A stretch of DNA of 64,000 bases from Eledone cirrhosa (lineage: Eukaryota): positions 175,584,001-175,648,000 of the forward strand of contig OZ024742.1 in NCBI GenBank assembly GCA_964016885.1, in the 5' to 3' direction. Made by a program: the position numbers and the translations under genes. The notes below the pieces were generated by a model. That model did no database searches and was not told where the DNA came from. It was given only the letters and a program-made list of their open reading frames with translations. This document shows, piece after piece, positions 12,802 through 23,365 of this stretch; within the stretch, counting starts at the first letter, position 1, and each line of letters opens with the position of its first letter.

Positions 12802-14370
12802 TGTTGATAACGTGATATTCCATGTTCGATCATTATACCTAAAGTTTATAATTTTAAGCAGACAGTATTTTGATTTAGGTGTCATAGAAACCCTGCATTT
12901 GGATTTTAACATCAATTCCAATGGGTCCAGGTCTCTGTGTTTTTTTATCATTTATTTTCTTTTGACCTGTTTAGCTTGATTTACTTTTTGGCTTAGGTGG
13001 TTGATGCTTTCTTGACCACTATTTCAGTTTTGTATGGCGTCTTCGCATATTGTTTTGCTCTGTTTTTTTTTAACTATGGAGCGCTTGTCAGCATTATTTC
13101 TGATTTTTGCGTTTCGTTTCGCCTTTTATACCCGCCGAAATGCGATTCTCGCTAAATCTATATTTGTATTAATCTCCCGTGTCTTACAATTAACTTGTTA
13201 ATAATTTTTATTGACAGGTTAATTGTATAAGTTTATTTTAAAAACTACCCGATTTAGAGCTTATTCAATTTGTGCTATTTATGCAATTTGTTGCATGGTA
13301 TACACATACTGAATTCATTTGCCAAAATCTGGGGTTTTTCCCCTTGTTGAATTCCACATGTGCTTTTACGGGCCTCTGTGTCATTCACAAATTTGGTACA
13401 GAGCAAAATACCTGTTGATAACGTGATATTCCATGTTCGATCATTATACCTAAAGCTTATAATTTTAAGCAGACAGTATTTTGATTTAGGTGTCATAGAA
13501 ACCCTGCATTTGGATTTTAACATCAATTCCAATGGGTCCAGGTCTCTGTGTTTTTTTATCATTTATTTTCTTTTGACCTGTTTAGCTTGATTTACTTTTT
13601 GGCTTAGGTGGTTGATGCTTTCTTGACCACTATTTCAGTTTTGTATGGCGTCTTCGCATATTGTTTTGCTCTGTTTTTTTTTAACTATGGAGCGCTTGTC
13701 AGCATTATTTCTGATTTTTGCGTTTCGTTTCGCCTTTTATACCCGCCGAAATGCGATTCTCGCTAAATCTATATTTGTATTAATCTCCCGTGTCTTACAA
13801 TTAACTTGTTAATAATTTTTATTGACAGGTTAATTGTATAAGTTTATTTTAAAAACTACCCGATTTAGAGCTTATTCAATTTGTGCTATTTATGCAATTT
13901 GTTGCATGGTATACACATACTGAATTCATTTGCCAAAATCTGGGGTTTTTCCCCTTGTTGAATTCCACATGTGCTTTTACGGGCCTCTGTGTCATTCACA
14001 AATTTGGTACAGAGCAAAATACCTGTTGATAACGTGATATTCCATGTTCGATCATTATACCTAAAGCTTATAATTTTAAGCAGACAGTATTTTGATTTAG
14101 ATGTCATAGAAACCCTGCATTTGGATTTTAACATCAATTCCAACGGGCAAGGTCTCTGTTTTTTATATCATTTATTTTGTTTTGACCTGTTTAGCTTGAT
14201 TTGCATTTTGGCTTAGGTGGTTGATGCTTTCTTGACCACTTTTTCAGTTTTGTATGGCGTCTTAACATATTGTTTAGCTCTGGTTTTTTAACTATGGAGC
14301 GCTTGCCAGCATTATTTCTGATTTTTGCATTTCGCTTCGCCTTTTCTACCCGCCGAAATGCGATTCTCGC

Positions 14371-14377
<7 letters not shown>
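12802..14377. repeat. Tandem repeat, 611-bp unit, ~2.6 copies
   Basis: Units start at 12802, 13413 and 14024. The first two are nearly identical and the third is more diverged. Confidence 0.95.
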
Positions 14378-14464
<87 letters not shown>

Positions 14465-14555
14465 TATAAGAAAGTAAAGATCAAAATCAAAAACAAAATA
14501 AAGTAAAAAAAGGAGGACGTGTTGACAACGGTAGGTGTGAGAGTGTGGGGGGAGG

Positions 14556-15360
14556 GGGAAATGCCCATTACAGGGTAAATGTAATACCAAATCTATTGTG
14601 TATGAGGCCAGATTGACACCAATGATTAATAACGAGCCAGCCAGGAGTGAACGATTTGTTGGCATGACTCAGGACAGATTTAAAACCAAGTATTATGCAC
14701 ATGTCGCTTCTTTCAAACACTCTGAAAAAAGAACAGCAACGGCGCTGGCGCAAATAAAGTGAGAGTTCAAAGACAAAAAACATTCCGTACACTATTGATT
14801 GGTTTATTTTAAACCATTCAAGAGAATACCAAAGGGGCACAAACTCCTACCACTTGTCTCAACTCTAAGACCAAGATATTTAGATGTTGTCCGCACCTGA
14901 AATTACATCTACTTTTTAACTGGATTAACATACCAACGATTACTCAACCACCTTGAGCTTTTTCTTTACTTATCACGCCTTCCACTCACTACCAATTTCA
15001 TCACCTTATGAACGCATACTTTCTACCGATATATACTTTTTCTCCCTCATCTCTTTCTATATATCATTTGACTTATATATCCCACCCCTACTATCTACCA
15101 CACCCACCACCTTTGTCCTTTATTGAGATTACTTTTTAACTATATACCCTTATCCAGATCTCATCACAAACATTTACTCTCTACTACTTTTACACACCTT
15201 TGCGCCCTTATATTTTCTTAATAATTGTTTTAATTATTTTATTTTAGTTTTTCTCCACTTTGTCCTTACTTACCCACTAGGTTTTTAAGCGTACTCACAT
15301 AAGGTTATGTGTGGGCACATATGCAGACAGGCTTATTTGTACTTACATATATAGGCGTTT
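14556..15360 (+). mobile_element. PLE family D 3' fragment (GIY-YIG remnant + 3' UTR)
   Basis: Translates GKCPLQGKCNTKSIVYEARL..RFVGMTQDRFKTKYYAHVASFKH..TALAQIK*EFKDK..YTIDWFIL. Confidence 0.8.
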
Positions 15361-15383
15361 TTACTTATATATATGTGTGTGTA

Positions 15384-15416
<33 letters not shown>

Positions 15417-15417
<1 letters not shown>

Positions 15418-15580
15418 ATGTATAAAATCAATACAATTACCTCATTACCAGAGGTTTCCCGAATGAGGCGAATACGAAATAAACGACTTCATGCCTCGTC
15501 ACGAATGAAGTCGTTTATTTCGTATTCGCCTCATTCGGGAAACCTCTGGTAATGAGGTAATTGTATTGATTTTATACATT
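15417..15580. repeat. Perfect 76-bp inverted repeat with 12-bp spacer (PLE pLTR foldback with hammerhead remnant)
   Basis: Arms 15417-15492 and 15505-15580. Contains GAAA-cctctgg-TA-atgagg. Confidence 0.9.
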
Positions 15581-15874
15581 GAATTTTGCACTGATACTTA
15601 CATAGAGCACTCTTCATTTCTATGACCTTTTCTGTTTCCAACGGAAATTTCAATACTTATATATATATATATATATATATATAAAAACAAATAACGAAAC
15701 GAAATTAAATTTCGTTTCGTTTTAACTTAATTGTATATATATATATAATGTAGGAGGTGAGTTTTATTGTAGTACAATAAAGCAATGCAGATATCGGATA
15801 AGAAGCACTCTACAGTTTGTGGGACTGGAGTATGCATAATATAAGATCAAAAGATGGTTAAAGGAGTTCCATAT

Positions 15875-15943
15875 ATTTTATTATGCGCATTTCAAAAACA
15901 AACATCATCATGCAATAATATTTGTGTTTTCATCAGATAAAAC
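15875..15943 (-). ncRNA. Minimal type I hammerhead (family B, inverted pLTR)
   Basis: Reverse complement of the motif at 20744-20811. Confidence 0.85.
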
Positions 15944-17336
15944 AGGAGAACATGATATGAAGGCTGAAAAACACTTGTGGATAGTGCAGTTTTAAATCAA
16001 CATATGAAAAGTGGTTTTAGATTGATGTGTGATATTGGGAAAAATATTTTATTTAGAGAGGGGGGGGGGAAGGATGAAAAGGGAAGGAGATGAGAGGGAG
16101 AGATGGGTGATAGAGAGAAAGAGATAGTTTTTATAACTGAGAGGAGATATATTTTTTACATAGAGAGGTTGAAAACCGTTGGAAGATACTGTATAAATTA
16201 AAAATTTTGAAAATTAACGAAGGGAGGATATGTGCGAGGAAAAAATATTTTATTTAGGGGGAGGGGTGGAAAGGATGAAAAAAAGGGGGAGGAGATGAGA
16301 GTGAAGGTGGAGAGGGAGAGATGGGTGATAGAGAGAAAGAGATAGTTTTTATAACTGAGAAAAAGATATATTGTTTTAATATAGAGAGGTTGGGAACCGT
16401 TGGAAGATAATGTATAAATTAAAGGAATTTGAAAATTAACGAAGGGAAATTATGTATGAAGATAGAGAGAAAAAAATAATAATTGTGGGTGAATATTCTA
16501 ACGTCAAAAAAAGAAATGTATGTATTGTGGCAATTTCAAAATTAACGAAGAGAAAAATTGTTAAGGTTTGTGTGTAGAAGGATTTGAGAAAAATAATGTG
16601 AAGTTAAAGTTTGTATATTGATTGAATTGATAATATATGCGAATAAAGAGTTAATATGTATTAATAATGAGTTCGGGGATGGGGAGAAAAAAATAATAAT
16701 AAATTAAGGATGAAATTGAGATTAAAAAGATTTATGATAGAGAGAAAAAATAATAATGATTGCGGATGAATATTCTAATGTCAAAACAAATGTTATGATT
16801 TTACAAGAAGATAGAATGAGGGTAATGAGTAAACGAGTATTATAGAGTGTATAATGCCCTTTAAAGTAAGGTAGATGGGTATATTTTAAAGAGGTGTATG
16901 TATATGTGCCTTTGAGAAAAGATTCTAAATTGATAAAGAATTGAATATTAACTGCATACTTTGTGAAAAGTGCTATGGAATTTATGCAGGCAGATAGAAA
17001 ACAAATCTGTGCGTCTATTTATTATAGAATCTAGGTTAGAGATAATGGTAAATTTTTCATTTAGGCAGAGATTACAGATTTTAGATAGAGAGCTGTTCAA
17101 GTATGAGGATGCAGAAGAAATCTTCTTCCAAAAGATGGTATATTTAATGTTTTTGTCTTTTAAGGACCATATGAGTTCTGAGAGAGCAGTTTTAGTTCTT
17201 TTAAGTTTGTATTTGAAAGATGAATGATGATTATAGAGACGAGCTTTAAAAGAGGTGGAAGTGGAGCCAAAATAGTTTGAGCGCTTACTCTCATATTGGA
17301 TACCTTTTGATGGTCCTTCACCTCTTCTTCTACAAC

Positions 17337-19739
17337 ATGGATTATTACAACATAACCAATTCAACTAAAGACATTCCTATACCTGGTAAATCTGAATTCA
17401 CCAAACTTCTTATTGAACAAACTGACTCCTTCGTAAGAAGACTTAGATGGACAGCCTATTTCTATGACCAGCGCCTAAAAGGGAACTTTCATACCAAAGA
17501 ACACAACTTCCTCGATCATCTTTTTAATTCTAGACGAAATCCTCCTTCCAACAAAAATCTAGTACAATTCGAGGAAGAATTAACTAAAATAATAAAAAAT
17601 CTTAAATTCAAGAGATACCCTTACAAAGGACAAGAGCACCTTGTAAATCTCAAGAACACAATCTCTAACCTAAATTCCTCAAAAAATGTTTTAGTCCACT
17701 CTGACAAAACCAATAACCTATATGGTATTTCCAAGGATAATTATAACAACCTTATCCTAAAGGAACTTAGGAAAAAGTATCGTAAAACCAACCATGAAAA
17801 TTTAGAATGCATAAACCTTGAAGCCTATGAGATTATGTCAAAACTTGGCATTGAAAAAAAGACCGAACCATTCCTCGCAAGAACTCCGAGGATAAATCTC
17901 AAGGATCACAAAAACAATTTTCGCACTGAACTACCTGTTAGATTAATCGCCCCCTCTAAATCTGATCTGGGGGTTGTTAGTAAAGCCATCTTGGATAGGA
18001 TTATCCCACAGGTTAGTTCTAATTGCTCTTCTTTGAACCTAAATTTATGGTTTGGTACTTATGAAGTGATTGGCTGGTTCAACAAATTGGATAATAAAAA
18101 CAAACTAAAATTTATTCAATTTGATATTGCCAGCTACTATTCCTCCATTTCGCCTTCACTTCTCAATAATGCTCTATCTTTCGCACTTAAATATTCTGAC
18201 ATCACCACAGATGAACTTCACATCATCCTCACCGCACGTAAAACCATCCTAGAGTTCAACAACGCATATTGGACCAGAGCCGATACCTCTAACAACTTCG
18301 ACATCACAATGGGAGCATCCGATTCATCCCAATTGACTGATTTAATTGGTATCTTCATTTTGAACTCTTTGAGTCGGAAAATTCCTCAACTTCGCGGTGG
18401 AATTTATCGTGACGATGGACTCTTTACTATCCTAAATTGCAATATAGTTAAACTTAATATTATTAAGAACAATATACGTAATCTCTTTAACCAACATAAC
18501 CTAAAAATTGAATTTGATAATAGTATCAAACTAGCTAATTTCTTGGATGTATCTCTTAATCTTGACACTGGCCTATATTACCCTCACCATAAAAACAATG
18601 AGAACCTTAATTATGTTAACTTTAAATCTAACCATCCTACCAATATCAAGAATGCTATAGTTAATAATATTGGAAATAGAATATCTAACATATCTTCTAA
18701 TAAAAACATCTTTGATGCTAACGCCAATTACTATAATAACGCACTTTCTAAAGCCGGCTATCCAGATAAAATCAAATATAATAAAGAAACAAATTCTAGA
18801 AAAACTTACAGTAGAATAATTAATCATGACCATTCCAATAATTTTAATAAAAGACCTAGATACAAAAACATAATCTGGTATAATGCTCCTTTCTCCATCT
18901 CTATTAATAACAATATTCCTAAATTATTTTTTAGAGCCTTAAATAAATGCTTCCCTCCCTCACATATCTATAGTAAAATATTTAACAAAGACACCATCAA
19001 ATTTTCTTATTCTACATCCTCCAATATTTCCAACATTATCTCTAAGCACAACAATAAAATACTAAATACTAAATCTCTTCCTTCCAACATTGAATTTCAT
19101 AATAACAGTAATAGTACTCCCGACGTCATTGTAAACCCTAGGCTAACTTCTGTAAACCCAAATACAACGTCAAACACAACTTCGCTAAATGTTCATAGTC
19201 CAACTCTAAATCAAGAAACTATTATTCCTATTATTCCTATCGCTAACAACTTCTCCAATCCAATTCCTTCTATAGATAACACTAGATCACTCATTAATAA
19301 TCTCTCTAATTGCAACTGCCGCATTAAAAATAAATGTCCTCTCAACAACCATTGTCTCGATAAAAACTTAATTTATGAATGTAAAATTATAACTAGCACC
19401 AATTCCTTCACCTATTTTGGCTCCACTTCCACCTCTTTTAAAGCTCGTCTCTATAATCATCATTCATCTTTCAAATACAAACTTAAAAGAACTAACACTG
19501 CTCTCTCAGAACTCATATGGTCCTTAAAAGACAAAAACATTAAATATACCATCTTTTGGAAGAAGATTTCTTCTGCATCCTCATACTTGAACAGCTCTCT
19601 ATCTAAAATCTGTAATCTCTGCCTAAATGAAAAATTTACCATTATCTCTAACCTAGATTCTATAATAAATAGACGCACAGATTTGTTTTCTATCTGCCTG
19701 CATACATTCCATAGAACTTTTCACAAAGTATACAGTTAA
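17337..19739 (+). CDS. PLE polyprotein: reverse transcriptase + GIY-YIG endonuclease (~800 aa)
   Basis: MDYYNITNSTKDIPIP start; HSDKTNNLY, LKDHK, FDIASYYSSI, MGASDS, YRDDG, FLDVSL; N/T/S-rich linker; CNCR..CPL..C, LIY..YFG, ARLYNH, CNLCLNEK, INRR. No internal stops. Confidence 0.95.
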   Translation: MDYYNITNSTKDIPIPGKSEFTKLLIEQTDSFVRRLRWTAYFYDQRLKGNFHTKEHNFLDHLFNSRRNPPSNKNLVQFEEELTKIIKNLKFKRYPYKGQEHLVNLKNTISNLNSSKNVLVHSDKTNNLYGISKDNYNNLILKELRKKYRKTNHENLECINLEAYEIMSKLGIEKKTEPFLARTPRINLKDHKNNFRTELPVRLIAPSKSDLGVVSKAILDRIIPQVSSNCSSLNLNLWFGTYEVIGWFNKLDNKNKLKFIQFDIASYYSSISPSLLNNALSFALKYSDITTDELHIILTARKTILEFNNAYWTRADTSNNFDITMGASDSSQLTDLIGIFILNSLSRKIPQLRGGIYRDDGLFTILNCNIVKLNIIKNNIRNLFNQHNLKIEFDNSIKLANFLDVSLNLDTGLYYPHHKNNENLNYVNFKSNHPTNIKNAIVNNIGNRISNISSNKNIFDANANYYNNALSKAGYPDKIKYNKETNSRKTYSRIINHDHSNNFNKRPRYKNIIWYNAPFSISINNNIPKLFFRALNKCFPPSHIYSKIFNKDTIKFSYSTSSNISNIISKHNNKILNTKSLPSNIEFHNNSNSTPDVIVNPRLTSVNPNTTSNTTSLNVHSPTLNQETIIPIIPIANNFSNPIPSIDNTRSLINNLSNCNCRIKNKCPLNNHCLDKNLIYECKIITSTNSFTYFGSTSTSFKARLYNHHSSFKYKLKRTNTALSELIWSLKDKNIKYTIFWKKISSASSYLNSSLSKICNLCLNEKFTIISNLDSIINRRTDLFSICLHTFHRTFHKVYS

Positions 19740-20743
19740 TATTCAATTCTTTATCAATTCAGAATCTTTTCTCAAAGGCACATATACATACACCTCTTTA
19801 AAATATACCCATCTACCTTACTTTAAAGGGCATTATACACTCTATAATACTCGTTTACTCATTACCCTCATTCTATCTTCTTGTAAAATCATAACATTTG
19901 TTTTGACATTAGAATATTCATCCGCAATCATTATTATTTTTTCTCTCTATCATAAATCTTTTTAATCTCAATTTCATCCTTAATTTATTATTATTTTTTT
20001 TCTCCCCATCAACGAACTCATTATTAATACATATTAACTCTTTATTCGCATATATTATCAATTCAATCGATATATAAACTTTAACTTCACATTATTTTTC
20101 TCAAATCCTTCTACACACAAACCTTAACAATTTTTCTCTTCGTTAATTTTGAAATTGCCACAATACATACATTTCTTTTTTTGACGTTAGAATATTCACC
20201 CACAATTATTATTTTTTTCTCTCTATCTTCATACATAATTTCCCTTCGTTAATTTTCAAATTCCTTTAATTTATACATTATCTTCCAACGGTTCCCAACC
20301 TCTCTATATTAAAGCAATATATCTTTTTCTCAGTTATAAAAACTATCTCTTTCTCTCTATCACCCATCTCTCCCTCTCCACCTTCACTCTCATCTCCTCC
20401 CCCTTTTTTTCATCCTCCCCCCCCCCCTCCCTAAATAAAATATTTTTTCCTCGCACATATCCTCCCTTCGTTAATTTTCAAAATTTTTAATTTATACAGT
20501 ATCTTCCAACGGTTTTCAACCTCTCTATGTAAAAAATATATCTCCTCTCAGTTATAAAAACTATCTCTTTCTCTCTATCACCCATCTCTCCCTCTCATCT
20601 CCTTCCCTTTTCATCCTCCCCCCCCCCTCTCTAAATAAAATATTTTTCCCAATATCACACATCAATCTAAAACCACTTTTCATATGTTGATTTAAAACTG
20701 CACTATCCACAAGTGTTTTTTAGCCTTCATATCATGTTCTCCT

Positions 20744-20811
20744 GTTTTATCTGATGAAAACACAAATATTATTGCATGATGATGTTTGTTTTTGAAATGC
20801 GCATAATAAAA
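20744..20811 (+). ncRNA. Minimal type I hammerhead with palindromic stem III (family B)
   Basis: gttttat-CTGATGA-aaacacaaat..gtttgttttt-GAAA-tgcgca-TA-ataaaat. Confidence 0.85.
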
Positions 20812-20851
20812 TATATGGAACTCCTTTAACCATCTTTTGATCTTATATTAC

Positions 20852-20883
<32 letters not shown>

Positions 20884-21218
20884 ATATATATGTGTTTGTA
20901 TATATATATATATATATATGTATGTATTTGTTTATATGTATTTGTATATATATATGCTTGTGCTTGTATATATGTTTTTGTGTATATGAGTATATATGTG
21001 TTTATAGATTTACGTATATGTTTATTTGTATGCGTGTATTGATTTCTTATTCCGTGCGTGTGTGCCAACGCGTATGTTTACGTATGTATGTCGGTTATGT
21101 ACCTTTGAGATTCATTTTTGTAATTTTTTGGAGTGTTTTTTTGTTTTGTATGAGTATGCATATGATGTGTATATGTTTGTATGTATGTGTGTTACACATA
21201 TATATATATGTCTGTGTG

Positions 21219-21253
<35 letters not shown>

Positions 21254-21489
21254 ATGTGTGTGTGTGTGTATATATATATGTGTGTGTGTGTATGTATATA
21301 TGTGTGTGTGTGTATGCATATATGTGTGTGTGTGTGTGTGTATGTATATATGTATGCACATGTATGTGTATGTATATTTTTTTTAATTTATATCGACAGT
21401 CGATCGACTTTCGTCAAATCGGCCCGATGAAACCATGTTTCCATTGGTCTTTCCAATTGCTAATACTATCTATCGGTTGCAACTCCAGG

Positions 21490-21613
21490 TAGAAGGAGCA
21501 ACGTGAACTAAAGTGTCTTGCTCAAGGACATAACGCATCGCCCGGTTCGGGAATCGATCTCACGACCTCACGATTGTGAATCCAATTCTCTAACCACTCA
21601 GCCACGCGCCTCC
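21490..21613 (-). mobile_element. tRNA-derived CORE-like SINE, 5' part
   Basis: A box TGGCTGAGTGG, B-box-like GATCGATTCC, then CCTTGAGCAAGACACTT. Confidence 0.75.
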
Positions 21614-21682
21614 ACACAATATATATATACGCATATATACATGTGTGTATATGTATGTATGTATATATATATATATATAATA

Positions 21683-21738
<56 letters not shown>

Positions 21739-21990
21739 GTGTGTATATATGTATATATGTATGCACATGGATGTGTATGTGTACGTATATATATATATAT
21801 ATTTTTTTTTTTATATATATTTATACATATATACGTGTGTGTGTTTGCATGTGTGTATAGGTATATGTGCATGTATATGTGTATGTATGTGTGTATATAT
21901 ATATATATGGTTATGTATATGCTTATTTTGTGTATTTGTTAATTTTTAAGTTGTTTTTATTTATAAAAAATACATATATATTTATCTATA

Positions 21991-22062
<72 letters not shown>

Positions 22063-22446
22063 ATCATCATTATGTTATGTTCACGTTTCCATATGGCATG
22101 TCATTAAAAACCAAGATGGTACTTAATAGGAGCTGCTCTACTTCTAGATAGGTGGAGACATTATACTAAAGCTCTGGATCTGAGTTTACTGTGTTGAAAT
22201 AAAACACACACGCACTCTTGATAACGGATGGTAAATCTGAAAACATTTGGAATCATTAAAATTGGTAAGATAAAATTGAACCATTCTCACTCTTTGCCCA
22301 GTTCTTCTGTCCTGTTTTCTTCATTTGTTATTACCTTGACACTTATAATCTCATATATATTGTTGAGCTTCCAAATAATTAAACTTAATCCTCGTTATAT
22401 TTGTATTTTTTATTCCACAATGCTTCAAGTAATCTACAAAATTCTG

Positions 22447-22494
<48 letters not shown>

Positions 22495-23239
22495 GATGGT
22501 TGCCCCCTCATTATCGAGTATGTCCATTGCACGATATACCATTATTAATAATTACAAATTAATTCTATTGTGCAATGCCTGTGCATGAAGATATTTTTTA
22601 AAATGAGGAAAGACTGTGCACTGAGCCAATCCCACTCTCTGAGCGACAGTAGCTATAACCCGAAAAGAAGGAAAGATCAACATCATCGGTAACTACTGGG
22701 CCGCAGATTTTATATCGGAGTTATCCCAGTTTCCTGAGTAGTCTTCTCCTAGAAGAATGCCCTGAAAAAGGCTAGGTGTCCTTCACTCCCAGTGGTTTAA
22801 CCACGTGATTGGCTGTCCAGCCCGACTATTTCTATGTCCCCCCGCATATACATACACATGCACCCATGTATATGGACATATACATCCATATGTACATGTG
22901 TATATACATATTTGCACAATTTTTGGATGGCGATTGACTCTTATGAGTTCTTCCACCCTTTGTCAGGTTTTGTTTTTTGTCCTGCAGGGTGTCCAAAATC
23001 ACCCTCCTCACCATGTAAACTTGGTGGGGTTGCTGGTTTAGTCGCCGACGACCCTACCATGCGACAGGTTGTACTGGATTACATTTTACCAGTAGCACTG
23101 AAGAGTGACCTGACATACACACATACACATATATATGTATGTATACATACATATTTTTATAATATGAATGTATAATATCACCGTCAGCACTGTTTTACAG
23201 CTCTATTTTATCATGCTTATAGATTACAGTGACAAATAC

Positions 23240-23365
<126 letters not shown>

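Larger units (their letters stand above)
15747..20850 (+). mobile_element. Penelope-like element family B, copy 1, apparently intact, with inverted 5' pLTR
   Basis: 15837-17275 is a near-identical reverse complement of 19412-20850. Uninterrupted ORF in between. (TA)n on both flanks. Confidence 0.97.

Noticed and set aside
14760-14762. In-frame TGA in a PLE GIY-YIG, possible selenocysteine as in Naiad PLEs
   Set aside because: It falls at a conserved Trp (TGG->TGA) in a frameshifted fragment. The endonuclease is C-terminal and no SECIS was recognised.
16948-17364. Minus-strand ORF resembling a separate GIY-YIG gene
   Set aside because: It is only the inverted pLTR copy of the family B ORF end.
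23096-23114. gca-CTGAAGA-gtgacctgac, possible hammerhead
   Set aside because: No downstream stem II, GAAA or stem I partner before the microsatellite.
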